From contig CAZERI010000002.1 in the NCBI GenBank assembly GCA_964515545.1, forward strand, positions 213,731 to 277,730: a DNA stretch of 64,000 nt. Reading direction: 5' to 3'. Under the pieces are notes generated by a model that saw only the letters and a list, made by a program, of their open reading frames with translations, was not told the origin of the DNA and made no database searches. This DNA comes from an uncultured Gammaproteobacteria bacterium (GTDB lineage Bacteria > Patescibacteriota > Microgenomatia > Levybacterales > UBA12049). A program made the position numbers and the translations under genes. Positions 50,706 through 61,553 of this stretch are shown here, piece after piece. How positions within the stretch are numbered: the stretch's first letter is position 1; every line of letters starts with the position of its first letter.

Positions 50706-52268
50706 GTGCTAAAAGAAAGAACTTCTGAATCCTCATCACCTTCTCGATCTTCTTATCGCAACATGAGCAGTGCTTTTCTTTTTGAACAGGCAGTTAGGAG
50801 AAATGAAGGACGTGAATTAACAACAGGCGTTATTGATATTGACACTCGACCCTATACCGGCAGGTCTCCTAAAGATAGTTTTGTCGTGGATGGATTAGAT
50901 GGCATTGACTATGGAGAAGTCAATCAGCCTCTGGACAAAGACAGGTTTGAGGCGCTTTTTAATGAAGCAAATAATCATCTTGAAAAAAGCGATAGAATGT
51001 ATGTTCAGGACAGATCAGTGGGAGCAGATTCTCAGTACAATATCCCCGTCACCTTAAAAACAGAAAAGGCATCGGCTGCTCTTTTTGCTAATACCATGTT
51101 TTTGCCCCGATTTGAAGGGGAAGATTCACCTTCAGCCCTTCCATATACCATTTTACATGTCCCCTCAATGCAGCTGAGAGGCAGAGAAGACGGAGTTAGA
51201 TCCAATGTTGGAGTAGTTACTTCGTTTGAAGATCGAAAGATGCTTATTGCTGGGACACCTTACTTAGGAGAAATTAAAAAACGGATGTTTGGAGCCATGA
51301 ACTATGAGTTGCCTCTCCAGGGAGTAGCTACAATGCATTGTTCAGCAAATGTTGGAGAAGAAGGAGATGTTGCATTATTCTTTGGGTTATCCGGAACTGG
51401 TAAGACGACACTCTCCATGGATCCTGCTCGACTACTTATAGGTGATGATGAGCATGGATGGTCTGATAATGGAGTGTTTAACTTTGAAAATGGATCTTAT
51501 GCTAAGCTAATCAAGCTCTCTGAGGATAGTGAGCCAGGAATTTATAAAGCAAGCCGTCAGAGAGGCGGTATTAGTGAGAATGGCACATTTGATTTATATC
51601 TTAATCCTGTTTATTCGCAAGGTGAGGAAAATATGCGAGGAGCTTTCACACTTTCGCAGCTTGATAATGTAAAAGCTGATGGTATGGGAGGACATCCGGA
51701 GAATATTATTTTTCTTACTGCTGATGCATCAGGAGTTATTCCGCCTGTGGCAATTCTCACACCAGAACAGGCAGGGTACTATTTCTTGTCAGGCTATACT
51801 TCAAAAGTTGCAGGTACGGAGAGGGGAGTAACTAAGCCTGAGTCTACTTTTTCGGCCTGCTTTGGCAGTCCATTTTTACCATTGTCTCCTGAAAAATATA
51901 TGGAGCTTCTTTTAGAAAAAATAGGCCGTCATAATCCAAATGTCTGGATGGTAAATACAGGCTGGCCTGGAGGAGTAAATAATAATGAACGGATGAGCAT
52001 CGAACATACGAGGAGTATTGTTGATGCCGTACTTAAGGGAGAAGTAGATGGAGCAGTCCGTGACAGTCTAGGCTTTATTGTTCCAGAACATATTAAAAAC
52101 GTACCCCAAGAAGCCCTCAGAGCAGAAAATTATTGGGATAATGTGGCGGATTATAGAGACGAAGCTAGGAAGTTGGCTTCAGATTTTACTGCTAATGCAC
52201 AACTATATTCCGGCAGGGTTGATCGTTCTATCCTTGAAGCAGGTCCTCAATTTGCTCAAAATATATAG
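50706..52268 (+). CDS. pckA: Phosphoenolpyruvate carboxykinase (ATP-dependent)
   Basis: Kinase-1a P-loop GLSGTGKTTLS, TGRSPKD and a C-terminal PEPCK-ATP region. The true start may be the internal MSSAF. Confidence 0.85.
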   Translation: MLKERTSESSSPSRSSYRNMSSAFLFEQAVRRNEGRELTTGVIDIDTRPYTGRSPKDSFVVDGLDGIDYGEVNQPLDKDRFEALFNEANNHLEKSDRMYVQDRSVGADSQYNIPVTLKTEKASAALFANTMFLPRFEGEDSPSALPYTILHVPSMQLRGREDGVRSNVGVVTSFEDRKMLIAGTPYLGEIKKRMFGAMNYELPLQGVATMHCSANVGEEGDVALFFGLSGTGKTTLSMDPARLLIGDDEHGWSDNGVFNFENGSYAKLIKLSEDSEPGIYKASRQRGGISENGTFDLYLNPVYSQGEENMRGAFTLSQLDNVKADGMGGHPENIIFLTADASGVIPPVAILTPEQAGYYFLSGYTSKVAGTERGVTKPESTFSACFGSPFLPLSPEKYMELLLEKIGRHNPNVWMVNTGWPGGVNNNERMSIEHTRSIVDAVLKGEVDGAVRDSLGFIVPEHIKNVPQEALRAENYWDNVADYRDEARKLASDFTANAQLYSGRVDRSILEAGPQFAQNI

Positions 52269-52288
52269 TTCTCTGCTATAATCTCACC

Positions 52289-52894
52289 ATGATTAAAGCT
52301 GCTATTTTTGATATAGGAAATGTCCTCCTCCGTTGGACCAATCTTCCTCTTTTTGAAGATGTTGATCAGACACTTCATATTACCGAGGAACAGCGAGGTG
52401 AATACTGGCAGAAATATATGGATGTTTTAGAAATAGGAAAGATCACTGAGAAGGAATTTTGGGATGGTTTTATCAAAGATACTAAGGCTGAAGGAAGATT
52501 ACCCTTAGAATCTCTCCTTCAAAGGCAGTTTAAAAGGAGGTTCACTGTTGATGAAGAAATGGTAAAGATTCCATACAAGCTACAGAAAAGTGGGTTAAAA
52601 ATAGGAATAATTTCCAATACTATTGCACCTCATGCTGAGATAATCAGGAACTCCAAAAGTTTTGAAGGATTTGATGAATTTATCCTCTCTAATGAAGTAG
52701 GTTTTAGAAAGCCTGAGAGAGAAATCTACGAGCTAGCTTTACAGATATTACATGTTAAACCGGACGAAGCCTTGTTTGTAGATGATCTCCCTGAAAATGT
52801 AGAGGGAGCAAATAATGTTGGCATCCATGGAATTCTCTTTAAAAATAAAGATATATTATTACAGGATCTTCAGAAACTAGGAGTAGAAGTATGA
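52289..52894 (+). CDS. HAD superfamily hydrolase (phosphatase-like)
   Basis: Motif I AAIFDIGNVLL (DxG variant) and a C-terminal DD motif (VDDLPENV). 201 aa. Confidence 0.6.
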   Translation: MIKAAIFDIGNVLLRWTNLPLFEDVDQTLHITEEQRGEYWQKYMDVLEIGKITEKEFWDGFIKDTKAEGRLPLESLLQRQFKRRFTVDEEMVKIPYKLQKSGLKIGIISNTIAPHAEIIRNSKSFEGFDEFILSNEVGFRKPEREIYELALQILHVKPDEALFVDDLPENVEGANNVGIHGILFKNKDILLQDLQKLGVEV

Positions 52895-53622
52895 TGGGGA
52901 AACTCTATATAGTGCCGACTCCGCTTGGTAACTTAGAAGATATTACCATTCGAGCGATCAAGACACTTTTTGCAGTGGATGGGATTGCTTGTGAAGATAC
53001 TCGTAAGACAGGATTACTACTTAAAGAGTTATCTAAGCGCTATCCTGACTTTGCTGTGACAAAGACTGGAGAACGTTCTCAGCGATTACTCTCACTTTAT
53101 GAAGAAAATGAAGTAAGACGCCTGCCGGAAGTAATCACTGCACTTAAAAATGGCCTTGATATCGCTTTGGTTTCTGATGCAGGGACTCCTCTTATATCAG
53201 ATCCGGGATATAGACTTATTAATGAATGTCTGCGGGAAGGAATCGATCTAGAGTCACTCCCAGGCCCTTCCTCTGTTACATTGGCGCTTACTTTATCAGG
53301 ATTACCTACAGATAAATTTCTCTTTTTAGGTTATCCTCCTCGTAAGGGAGGGCACAGAATGAAATTTTTCGAAAAAGCTAGAGAATCTCAGAAGAATATT
53401 GCTTCTACGATGGTCTTTTTTGAGGCTCCACATCGTCTACTTACGACACTAGAAGAGCTTCAGCAAGTCTTTGGCGATATTCACCTAGTAGTATGCCGGG
53501 AGATGACTAAGACTTTTCAAGAAGTGCGAAGAGAGAAGATATCAAAGTCCCTGGAGCATTTTAAAACGACACCTCCTAGAGGAGAATTTGTCCTGCTTTT
53601 AAACACTAACCTAGATGAGTGA
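52891..53622 (+). CDS. rsmI: 16S rRNA (cytidine1402-2'-O)-methyltransferase RsmI (tetrapyrrole methylase fold)
   Basis: LYIVPTPLGNLEDIT and EDTR motifs characteristic of RsmI, 243 aa. Confidence 0.8.
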   Translation: MMGKLYIVPTPLGNLEDITIRAIKTLFAVDGIACEDTRKTGLLLKELSKRYPDFAVTKTGERSQRLLSLYEENEVRRLPEVITALKNGLDIALVSDAGTPLISDPGYRLINECLREGIDLESLPGPSSVTLALTLSGLPTDKFLFLGYPPRKGGHRMKFFEKARESQKNIASTMVFFEAPHRLLTTLEELQQVFGDIHLVVCREMTKTFQEVRREKISKSLEHFKTTPPRGEFVLLLNTNLDE

Positions 53623-53634
53623 TATACTAGAGTT

Positions 53635-53898
53635 ATGAGTGAGCTAGAACAATTGAAATTTGAGCTTGCGAAAATACATGAGAGAAATAAAAGGGTAGAA
53701 AAAGAGAAAGCCTGGGAGACAAGTAGCATCCGTCGTCTGTCTATTATAGTCCTGACCTACTTTGTCATGGTACTTGTTTTTACCGTTATTCAAGTCGATA
53801 AGCCTCTTATTAATGCTGTAGTTCCCACACTGGGTTATTTCTTATCTACTGTCTCAATAGGCGCTGTTAAGCGCTGGTGGATAGGGGAGAGAGCCTAA
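53635..53898 (+). CDS. Small membrane protein with N-terminal coiled-coil
   Basis: 87 aa with a charged N-terminus and two hydrophobic helices. No known motif. Confidence 0.3.
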   Translation: MSELEQLKFELAKIHERNKRVEKEKAWETSSIRRLSIIVLTYFVMVLVFTVIQVDKPLINAVVPTLGYFLSTVSIGAVKRWWIGERA

Positions 53899-53900
53899 AA

Positions 53901-55541
53901 TCAATAATCTTCAAGAGTCGATGTGTCTCCGATTGGCTGGCCGAGTTCTTTCGCCTTTAGAATTCTGCGCATAATCTTCCCGCTTCGGGTCTTAGGCAAT
54001 TTATCGATAAATTCTATCTCACGAGGGTAGGCATGTCCTGCTAAATGTTCTTTAACGTGCTCTTGAAGCTTTTCTTTAAGTTCATCTGTTCCTTCAACTC
54101 CATCTTTAAGTACTACAAAAGCTTTAATAATTTCTCCTCGTACTTCATCAGGTTTTCCGATAACTCCCGCCTCAACAACATCAGGATATGAAATAAGTGC
54201 CGACTCTACCTCGAAAGGACCGACTCTTTCTCCGCTGGTCTTAATAACATCATCTGCCCGTCCGATAAACCAGTAATAACCATCCTGGTCCTTTTTTGCT
54301 TTGTCTCCTGAGATGTACCAGCCATTCAGGAAATAGGAATCATATTTTTCCTGGTTCTGCCAGACTGTACGCATTAGAGACGGCCATGACGGCTTAAGCG
54401 CTAAGTTACCTTCCTGTCCATCAGGTACTGGATTGCCCTGGTCGTCTATAATTTCTGCTTCCATCCACGGAAGTGGCTTCCCCATAGATCCAGGCTTAAG
54501 ATCAAATCCAGGATAATTAGCAATCATTATCGAACCTGTCTCGGTCTGCCACCATGTGTCATGAAAATATTTCCCGCCAAAAACTTTTTGGCTCCAGAGA
54601 AGGGGTTCAGGATTAAGAGGCTCGCCGACTGAGGCGAGGTAACGGAGGCTTGAAAGATCAAATTTCTTAAGAAGATCTTCACCTTTTGCCATTAACATTC
54701 TAATAGCAGTAGGGGCCGTATACCAGACATTTATCTTGTATTTTTGAAGAAGAGAATACCATTTTTCAGGATCAAAACGTCCATTATGGACAAATGAAGT
54801 AACGCCAAGTGCAAACGGAGTCAAAATACCATAGACAATACCAGTAACCCACCCCGGATCGGCAGTACACCAATAGACATCCTCCTCTTTAAGATCTAAG
54901 CATAACTTAGCACTTTCTATCTGCTGAACTAAAGAATAATGTGAGTGCATAATTCCTTTGGGATGCCCTGTAGTCCCTGAGGTGTAGAGCATAAAAGCAT
55001 AATCTTCAGGTTTTGTATGAGCCATTGAATACATATCAGAGCAGGCAGAAAGTTCTTTTTGATAGTTAGGGTCATCGACTATAAAAATATGCTCCAAATC
55101 AGGCAATTCATCTTTTACAGAGTGGATCCTTTCTGCTAATTCCTTTGTTGTAAAAACAGCTTTTGCTTTTGAATTTCCCAGTCTATCTTTAATAGCATCC
55201 GACCCAAAAGCTGAGAACATAGTGCCTGCGATTGCACCTGTTTTGACTATTCCTAAGAAATTAATATAAAGCTCAGGTATTCTAGGGAGGAAAAGAAAGA
55301 CACGATCTTGCTTATTAATAACATTATCTGAGAGGAAATTAGCAACTTTATTTGACTGTTTTACAATTTGTTCGTAGGTAAATTCAGAAACCTGGCCATT
55401 ATCATCTTCTATAATCAAAGCCTTTTTGCTTCCCAAGCCATCTGTAAGGTGACGATCCATGACTGTTAAAGCCATGTTGAGTGTGGTGTCATTAAACCAT
55501 TCGAGATTTTTTGCTTTATCTTGCCAATCAAAATCACTCAT
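53901..55541 (-). CDS. AMP-forming acyl-CoA synthetase (acetate/short-chain acyl-CoA ligase family)
   Basis: AMP-binding motif YTSGTTGHPKG and a C-terminal PKTRSGKIMRR, 546 aa. Confidence 0.8.
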   Translation of the reverse strand: MSDFDWQDKAKNLEWFNDTTLNMALTVMDRHLTDGLGSKKALIIEDDNGQVSEFTYEQIVKQSNKVANFLSDNVINKQDRVFLFLPRIPELYINFLGIVKTGAIAGTMFSAFGSDAIKDRLGNSKAKAVFTTKELAERIHSVKDELPDLEHIFIVDDPNYQKELSACSDMYSMAHTKPEDYAFMLYTSGTTGHPKGIMHSHYSLVQQIESAKLCLDLKEEDVYWCTADPGWVTGIVYGILTPFALGVTSFVHNGRFDPEKWYSLLQKYKINVWYTAPTAIRMLMAKGEDLLKKFDLSSLRYLASVGEPLNPEPLLWSQKVFGGKYFHDTWWQTETGSIMIANYPGFDLKPGSMGKPLPWMEAEIIDDQGNPVPDGQEGNLALKPSWPSLMRTVWQNQEKYDSYFLNGWYISGDKAKKDQDGYYWFIGRADDVIKTSGERVGPFEVESALISYPDVVEAGVIGKPDEVRGEIIKAFVVLKDGVEGTDELKEKLQEHVKEHLAGHAYPREIEFIDKLPKTRSGKIMRRILKAKELGQPIGDTSTLEDY

Positions 55542-55560
55542 ATTATTACCTTACCAAATT

Positions 55561-56853
55561 TTATTCCGGCACACTAGTAGGAGTCTGCCCAGAAGCAGCT
55601 TCTTGTATTTGGGATTCTATCTGAAGCAGTCGGTTATATTTAGAGACACGTTCCCCTCTAGCAGGTCCGCCAAATTTTACATAATCAGCTGCTACAGCTA
55701 CTGAGAAGTCAGCGATAAAGTCATCGTTTGTCTCTCCGCTTCTATGAGAAACAATAATTTTTTGATTAGCGTGGCGAGCTATCTCAACGACAGCCAAAGC
55801 CTCCATCACAGTACCGATCTGGTTAGGTTTAATAACCACTCCATTAATAGCTCCCTTATTCAGAGCCATCTGGAGACGATAAGGATTGGTAGCAGTTAAG
55901 TCATCACCTACGATAAGCGATCTTTGGCTAAGCCGAGGTAGGATAGCGGACCAACCCTCCCAATCATCCTCAGCCATCGGATCTTCTAGATAAAGAATAT
56001 GATATTTCTTAATGAGTTCTTCATAAAGGGTGATAAGTTCATCAGATTTCATCGAAGTTGATTTATCTTTAATTTTATAGAATTTTTCTTTATAGAAATT
56101 TTTAGCTGCAGCATCCAATCCTATAAAAATATCATATCCTAACCTCCAGCTGGCACTTGAGACTGCCTGAGCAATAAGTTCAAATACATCTTCATTTTTT
56201 TCAAAAACAGGAGCAAAACCTCCTTCATCACCAATGGTTGTAATTTGGTGGTTCTTTTCTAGCTGTGAACGAATATTATGATATACAGCAACTCCCATCT
56301 CTAATGCACTTGAAAAAGACTGATAGGTAGCAGGAATAACTAAGAATTCCTGAAAATCGACATTATTTCCTGCATGACTTCCCCCATTAATAAGGCTCAT
56401 TGCAGGAGTGGGTATTTTAAGAGGAAGATTTTCTTTTGAGAGATAATTTCTTAAATACAAAAAAAGCGGTTGATAGCTGCTCTTTGCTGCCACTCGTGCC
56501 ACTGCCTTAGAAACACAGTAAATAGAATTACCACCTAATTTAGATTTAGTCTTTGTTCCATCTAGCTCAATAAGCGTTCTATCCACAAGCTGTTGATTAG
56601 TGGCTTCAATTCCAACAAGCTGGGGAGCAATTATATGGGTTATTGTCTCCACTGCATTCCTGACACCCATTCCTTCATATCGTGATGGATCATTATCTCG
56701 AAGTTCAAAAGCCTCATACGAACTTTTTGAAGTACCACTAGGAGAGGAAGCAGCAGAAGTATTTCCATCATCTAGGATAACTCGTGCTTCAACTGTTGGG
56801 ACACCTCGGGAGTCGAGGACTTCACGAGCTGTAATTTGTCTAATTTTAGCCAT
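55561..56853 (-). CDS. eno: Enolase
   Basis: N-terminal ITAREVLDSRGVPTVE and a C-terminal SHRSGETND motif, 430 aa. Confidence 0.9.
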   Translation of the reverse strand: MAKIRQITAREVLDSRGVPTVEARVILDDGNTSAASSPSGTSKSSYEAFELRDNDPSRYEGMGVRNAVETITHIIAPQLVGIEATNQQLVDRTLIELDGTKTKSKLGGNSIYCVSKAVARVAAKSSYQPLFLYLRNYLSKENLPLKIPTPAMSLINGGSHAGNNVDFQEFLVIPATYQSFSSALEMGVAVYHNIRSQLEKNHQITTIGDEGGFAPVFEKNEDVFELIAQAVSSASWRLGYDIFIGLDAAAKNFYKEKFYKIKDKSTSMKSDELITLYEELIKKYHILYLEDPMAEDDWEGWSAILPRLSQRSLIVGDDLTATNPYRLQMALNKGAINGVVIKPNQIGTVMEALAVVEIARHANQKIIVSHRSGETNDDFIADFSVAVAADYVKFGGPARGERVSKYNRLLQIESQIQEAASGQTPTSVPE

Positions 56854-56894
56854 ACCTTTGAATATAAAATGGAAAAGTAAAAATACAACTTACT

Positions 56895-59159
56895 TTACTT
56901 GAGTAATTTTTTTTCTGCCTGAGCCACAGTTTTACGAACGCTATCTACTACATCAGGAGAGACAGAGATACTTGTGATTCCCCAGCTCACTAATTTATCT
57001 ACTAAGTCGGGATAGAGAGATGGAGCTTGCCCGCAAATACCTGAAGTAATACCATGCTTGTGGGCTGTTTTTACAGCATGCTCAAGCGCCCAGAGTACTG
57101 CTTCATTTTGCTCATCATACTCAGACGCTACTTCGCTATTATCCCGATCTGTCCCTAAAATAAGCATAGTTAAATCATTTGAGCCAATAGAGATTCCATC
57201 GATTCCTTCTTCTATAAATTTATCAAGAAGTATCACATTTGAAGGAATTTCTACCATCATTAAAAGATGAAAAGTCGGGGAGCGGTGAAGATCATTTTTT
57301 GTTAAAATTTTCTTAACCTCTCGCAGCTCCCTTACCGTCCTGACAAAAGGAATCATAAGAGAGAGATTCTTAAGATTCTTCTTATTCCTGACTATCTTTA
57401 TTGCTTCAAGCTCAAGTTTGAAGACTTCGGGATCGTGCATATAACGAAAAGCTCCGCGATAGCCAAGCATTGGATTTGGTTCTACAGGTTCATATTCTTT
57501 CCCACCTACAAGTCCACGATATTCATTTGTTTTAAAATCAGATGCTCTATAAATTACAGGTCGCGGATTGAAGGCACTACAAAACTTCTCGAGCGCTTCA
57601 GCTAAAGCAGTAACAAAAACTTCTTTTTTACCATCATGAATAAGTTTTTTAGGGTGGGTTCCAATTCCAGCCATGATAAATTCAGCTCTTAACAAGCCAA
57701 CCCCATCTACATATTGTCCAGCCACTTTTTCTGCTAAATCAGGCTGAGCTAAATTTACATATACTTTTGTAGCGGTTTTAAGATGTTCAGTAGTAATGAC
57801 AGATTCTGTCACAGGTGCAGATTTTGCAAGTCCTCCCTTATAGACTTCTCCTACACCACCATTTATGGTAATTACCATACCTTCTTTAAGAATTTCCGTT
57901 GCATTGTCTGTGCCGACTACAGCAGGTATTCCTAGCTCACGCGATACAATTGCAGCATGAGAAGTCCTTCCTCCTTTATCAGTAATAATCGCCACAGCTT
58001 TTTTCATGCCAGGAACGAAATCAGGATTTGTTTGAGGGGCTACCATGACATCTCCTGGTACCATTTTCTGCAGATCATGAATTGTTTTAATTATTTTTAC
58101 CGGACCTGAAGCAATACCAGGCGAGGCAGGTGCTCCTTTTGTCAGAAGGGGAAGATGCTTAGTATCTTCAGTAGAGATCTCCACTTTTTTTGTTGAGATA
58201 GTAGTAATAGGGCGAGTCTGTACTATATGCGGTATACCATCTATTACAGCCCACTCCACATCCTGAGGATGGTAGTAATGCCTTTCCAATTTTCGCCCAA
58301 GAGCAGCCAGCTCCATGATCACATTATCGCTAATTTTTTGCTTCTTCCCGTCTTTTTCCGTGACTTTTACTTCTACATCTTTCCCTTTTACTTTTGTTAG
58401 CTTTATCTTCTGATGGACGACTTGACGCTTGAGGATGTGCAGATCTTCCTTATTTACCTCATAGTGATCGGGAGTGACGACTCCTCCGACGATTAATTCT
58501 CCAAGTCCGTAAATAGCCTCAATAACAATTTTCGATTTGTCATTGGTAACTGGATCTGCTGTGAACATAATTCCAGACATCTCAGACTCCACCATTTTTT
58601 GAACGACAATTGCAATTCCTATTCTAAAATGATCAAATTTTTGCTCGTGACGATAGAAGATGGCTCGAGCATCGAAAAGTGATGCCCATGCATCTCTAAT
58701 TTTAAGAATTAAATTACTGTCCCCATGGACATTAAGATAAGTCTCTTGCTGTCCTGCAAATGATGCTCCTGGCAGATCCTCAGCAGTAGCACTCGATCTT
58801 ACAGCTACGAGCGCATCCCCTATAGGGCCACTTAGTGTAGTGTAGGCTTTAAAAATCTCGGCTACTAGTTCATCACTCATTCTTTCTCCCATAATAAGTT
58901 TTTTGATGTGGGATGATACTTGCTGGAGAGAGTCAGGCTTATCGTAGTTAATTGTTCCTAAGAGGTGATTAATCTTACTTGACAGGTTATTTTCCTTAAT
59001 AAATTTAAAATAAGCATGTGCAGTAACTATAAATCCATTGGGGACAGGGAAGTGGGACTGGGTCATTTCTCCTAAATTTGCACCTTTCCCGCCGACAAGA
59101 GGGATGTCTTCTTTATCGACATCTTTAAACCACAAAACAAGAGAATTATCTTTAGGCAT
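56895..59159 (-). CDS. ppsA: Phosphoenolpyruvate synthase (pyruvate, water dikinase)
   Basis: Central phospho-His domain GGRTSHAAIVSRELGIPAVVG, an N-terminal ATP-grasp-like domain and a C-terminal PEP-utilising TIM barrel. 754 aa fits PpsA rather than PPDK. Confidence 0.8.
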   Translation of the reverse strand: MPKDNSLVLWFKDVDKEDIPLVGGKGANLGEMTQSHFPVPNGFIVTAHAYFKFIKENNLSSKINHLLGTINYDKPDSLQQVSSHIKKLIMGERMSDELVAEIFKAYTTLSGPIGDALVAVRSSATAEDLPGASFAGQQETYLNVHGDSNLILKIRDAWASLFDARAIFYRHEQKFDHFRIGIAIVVQKMVESEMSGIMFTADPVTNDKSKIVIEAIYGLGELIVGGVVTPDHYEVNKEDLHILKRQVVHQKIKLTKVKGKDVEVKVTEKDGKKQKISDNVIMELAALGRKLERHYYHPQDVEWAVIDGIPHIVQTRPITTISTKKVEISTEDTKHLPLLTKGAPASPGIASGPVKIIKTIHDLQKMVPGDVMVAPQTNPDFVPGMKKAVAIITDKGGRTSHAAIVSRELGIPAVVGTDNATEILKEGMVITINGGVGEVYKGGLAKSAPVTESVITTEHLKTATKVYVNLAQPDLAEKVAGQYVDGVGLLRAEFIMAGIGTHPKKLIHDGKKEVFVTALAEALEKFCSAFNPRPVIYRASDFKTNEYRGLVGGKEYEPVEPNPMLGYRGAFRYMHDPEVFKLELEAIKIVRNKKNLKNLSLMIPFVRTVRELREVKKILTKNDLHRSPTFHLLMMVEIPSNVILLDKFIEEGIDGISIGSNDLTMLILGTDRDNSEVASEYDEQNEAVLWALEHAVKTAHKHGITSGICGQAPSLYPDLVDKLVSWGITSISVSPDVVDSVRKTVAQAEKKLLK

Positions 59160-59227
59160 TAGCTTTATTATGAGCTACCAGTAGATAAAATAGCAAGAGG
59201 TTGAGGGGAATATAGATTTTCGATCAA

Positions 59228-60274
59228 TCAACTATTTTTCAGTTCAGCTTTGAACCAATCAACCCATGGATTGACTGCAGGATTCTGGTCATATCTGAGA
59301 GCCAGAAAGAGAGTGATGTAGCTGCCATAGGAGAGCGTCTCTAAGAAATCGTCATAAATTGTCTGTCCTGATGTCATAAATTCATGAAGTGCATGATTAT
59401 TTTGTTTAACCACATCCATAGTTAATTCCATACGCTTTTTTATCTTAGGGCTGTAATTAGGAGAATTAAGGATCAAGAAATGCAAGTTATGCTCTGTCGG
59501 GAACTGTAATCCTTCCATTAAATGATGGTTAAGATCAGGAACTAAGTAATAACATGAAAATGCTTTACTTGTTTCATTGAATTGATTTCGTAAGATCTGT
59601 GCGTTGCCTGATAAGTGTTCGGCTGCAAAAATGACTGGTATTTTATCCTGAAATGTCTCAAATTCCCGCAACGCTTGTCCTTTAATCTCAGGCAGCTTCT
59701 CCTCAAGGCGGGTTATCGCATTTTCTATTTCTTTATCTTCAATATCAATTATCTTTGCTTTATTAAGGAGGCCGATAAGACCAAGAATTGAATACCCATT
59801 TCCAAGGCGAGGTACACTAGATGGGTTCAACTTGCCGTCAAAGATATAGGCAGGGATGTTATTAGCTTTGGCAAATTCAGCTAACTGTCCTCCTCGAGTG
59901 AGGACCAGCATATGAGCACCCTTTGCTTTTGCCTCTTCAGCACATGACAGAACTTCTTCTGTGGTTCCTGAGTATGAAGTTAATACTACCAGCGAATTCT
60001 TGTCGACATAGGCGGGAAGGTGATAATCTGTTACTACTTCACTGGGGTACTGCATTTCAAGTCCAAGAAGCGCCTTCGTAACCAATGCTCCATAAATTGA
60101 TGCTCCCATACCGCAAAAAACGATATTTTTGACATGAGAGGCGTCAAAATCCATAGGAATTGCATTTACCTCAAACCAGGCTGCTTTGCATTGCTGTACC
60201 AGCATATCAGTAGAGGAGTAGGTATCCTGCGGGTCAATCTTTTTGATTTCTTGTAGGTCGTTAACGTTTTGCAT
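59228..60274 (-). CDS. SIS-domain bifunctional phosphoglucose/phosphomannose isomerase-like protein
   Basis: Two SIS-like halves (IVFCGMGASIYGA... and LVVLTSYSGTTEE), 348 aa. The architecture is typical of PGI/PMI family enzymes. Confidence 0.65.
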   Translation of the reverse strand: MQNVNDLQEIKKIDPQDTYSSTDMLVQQCKAAWFEVNAIPMDFDASHVKNIVFCGMGASIYGALVTKALLGLEMQYPSEVVTDYHLPAYVDKNSLVVLTSYSGTTEEVLSCAEEAKAKGAHMLVLTRGGQLAEFAKANNIPAYIFDGKLNPSSVPRLGNGYSILGLIGLLNKAKIIDIEDKEIENAITRLEEKLPEIKGQALREFETFQDKIPVIFAAEHLSGNAQILRNQFNETSKAFSCYYLVPDLNHHLMEGLQFPTEHNLHFLILNSPNYSPKIKKRMELTMDVVKQNNHALHEFMTSGQTIYDDFLETLSYGSYITLFLALRYDQNPAVNPWVDWFKAELKNS

Positions 60275-60323
60275 ATGAGCTACTTTAGCAGAGTACTGTT
60301 AGTAAATCCTGACAAGACTCAGA

Positions 60324-60761
60324 CTATTCTCCGCGTTCTAATTTTCGCTGCTCTGGAGTCTCATCTGGTCTTTTGTAATCATCCTCAAGGCGTAGAGTAG
60401 TTCCAGCTTCAGGCGTAGATACTTCGATAACATCACAGTCAGTTACAGCCTGATGTCGATGCTTTTGTCCAACGATCATGGTATAGCCAACACCCTTTTC
60501 CATATGTGTTGTTTGGAGTTGGCCTTCTACATCTTCATTGATCAAATCACATTCACCATTTACCAACCAATAGCTTTCCTGCTTAGTATCATGGATTTGA
60601 AGAGAAAGCCTATGGCCCTTATTGATATGCATCAATTTACCCATATATGGCATTCCTTCAGGTACCCAGTGAAGTTCATAGCCCCAAGGTTTTTCTACTT
60701 TTTTGACGTAGGGAGTGAGTTTGAAGTTAGATTTATCGATGTTATTTAAATCAATTGCCAT
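60324..60761 (-). CDS. Cupin-domain mannose-6-phosphate isomerase (type II PMI cupin, ManC C-terminal-domain-like)
   Basis: KPWGYE...HRLSLQIHDTKQESYWLVNGEC matches the type II PMI cupin signature (WG.E...SLQ.H..R.E.W.V..G). Confidence 0.65.
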   Translation of the reverse strand: MAIDLNNIDKSNFKLTPYVKKVEKPWGYELHWVPEGMPYMGKLMHINKGHRLSLQIHDTKQESYWLVNGECDLINEDVEGQLQTTHMEKGVGYTMIVGQKHRHQAVTDCDVIEVSTPEAGTTLRLEDDYKRPDETPEQRKLERGE

Positions 60762-60776
60762 GAATATTGATTAATA

Positions 60777-61550
60777 TTAGTAATATTTCTTTACAATAGC
60801 AAGTACCTCATCATGAAGTAATCCGTTTGTGATAATACTCCCATCACGACCATCTAATTCCCACTCAGATCCGTCTAATCGTGTCATTCGTCCTCCAGCT
60901 TCTTCTATGATCACTTTAAAGGGAGCACAATCCCACGTCTTACCATACCTATCCACAAGAGCATCGATCTTACCTTGTGATAGAAGAAAAGTCGAGTAAG
61001 TTAAATCATGCATTCTTAATGTAGCACTGGCATCTACCAAGTCTAAAATGACCTGCTTGTGTTCAAAATACTTGGGACTACCAAGTGCAGAATAAGACTT
61101 ACTGAGCTGATCTGTCTTTGATACAGAAATCTGATCGTCATTGAAGTATGCGCCTTTACCTTTTTCCGCATATAAGACACCACCCATAAGCGGGAAGTAA
61201 CTTACCCCTACTTTTACCTCACGATTTTGACAATATGCGATAAGCACATTCCACGTAGGAATTCCCCGGCTAAAGCTTCTAGTCCCATCAATTGGGTCAA
61301 TAATCCAAAATGAATCATCATGGACTTCTCCGCCGCTTTCTTCAGCGAGAAAATGAGCATCAGGGAACTCTTTTTTTATATGTTGAATAATAATTTTCTC
61401 AGACGCCACGTCAGCTTCTGTTACGACAGTTTTGTCCGCCTTAAACTTTGTTTCGATGCCTTTGTCGTAATACTCAAGAGCTTCTTGAGCCCCTGCTTTA
61501 GCTGCTTCTATTGCAACACGTAATTCATGGGACTTAAGGGGAGAGGACAT
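60777..61550 (-). CDS. Inositol monophosphatase / fructose-1,6-bisphosphatase family protein
   Basis: IMPase metal-binding motifs (EE..G and WIIDPIDGT), 257 aa. Confidence 0.75.
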   Translation of the reverse strand: MSSPLKSHELRVAIEAAKAGAQEALEYYDKGIETKFKADKTVVTEADVASEKIIIQHIKKEFPDAHFLAEESGGEVHDDSFWIIDPIDGTRSFSRGIPTWNVLIAYCQNREVKVGVSYFPLMGGVLYAEKGKGAYFNDDQISVSKTDQLSKSYSALGSPKYFEHKQVILDLVDASATLRMHDLTYSTFLLSQGKIDALVDRYGKTWDCAPFKVIIEEAGGRMTRLDGSEWELDGRDGSIITNGLLHDEVLAIVKKYY

Positions 61551-61553
61551 AGA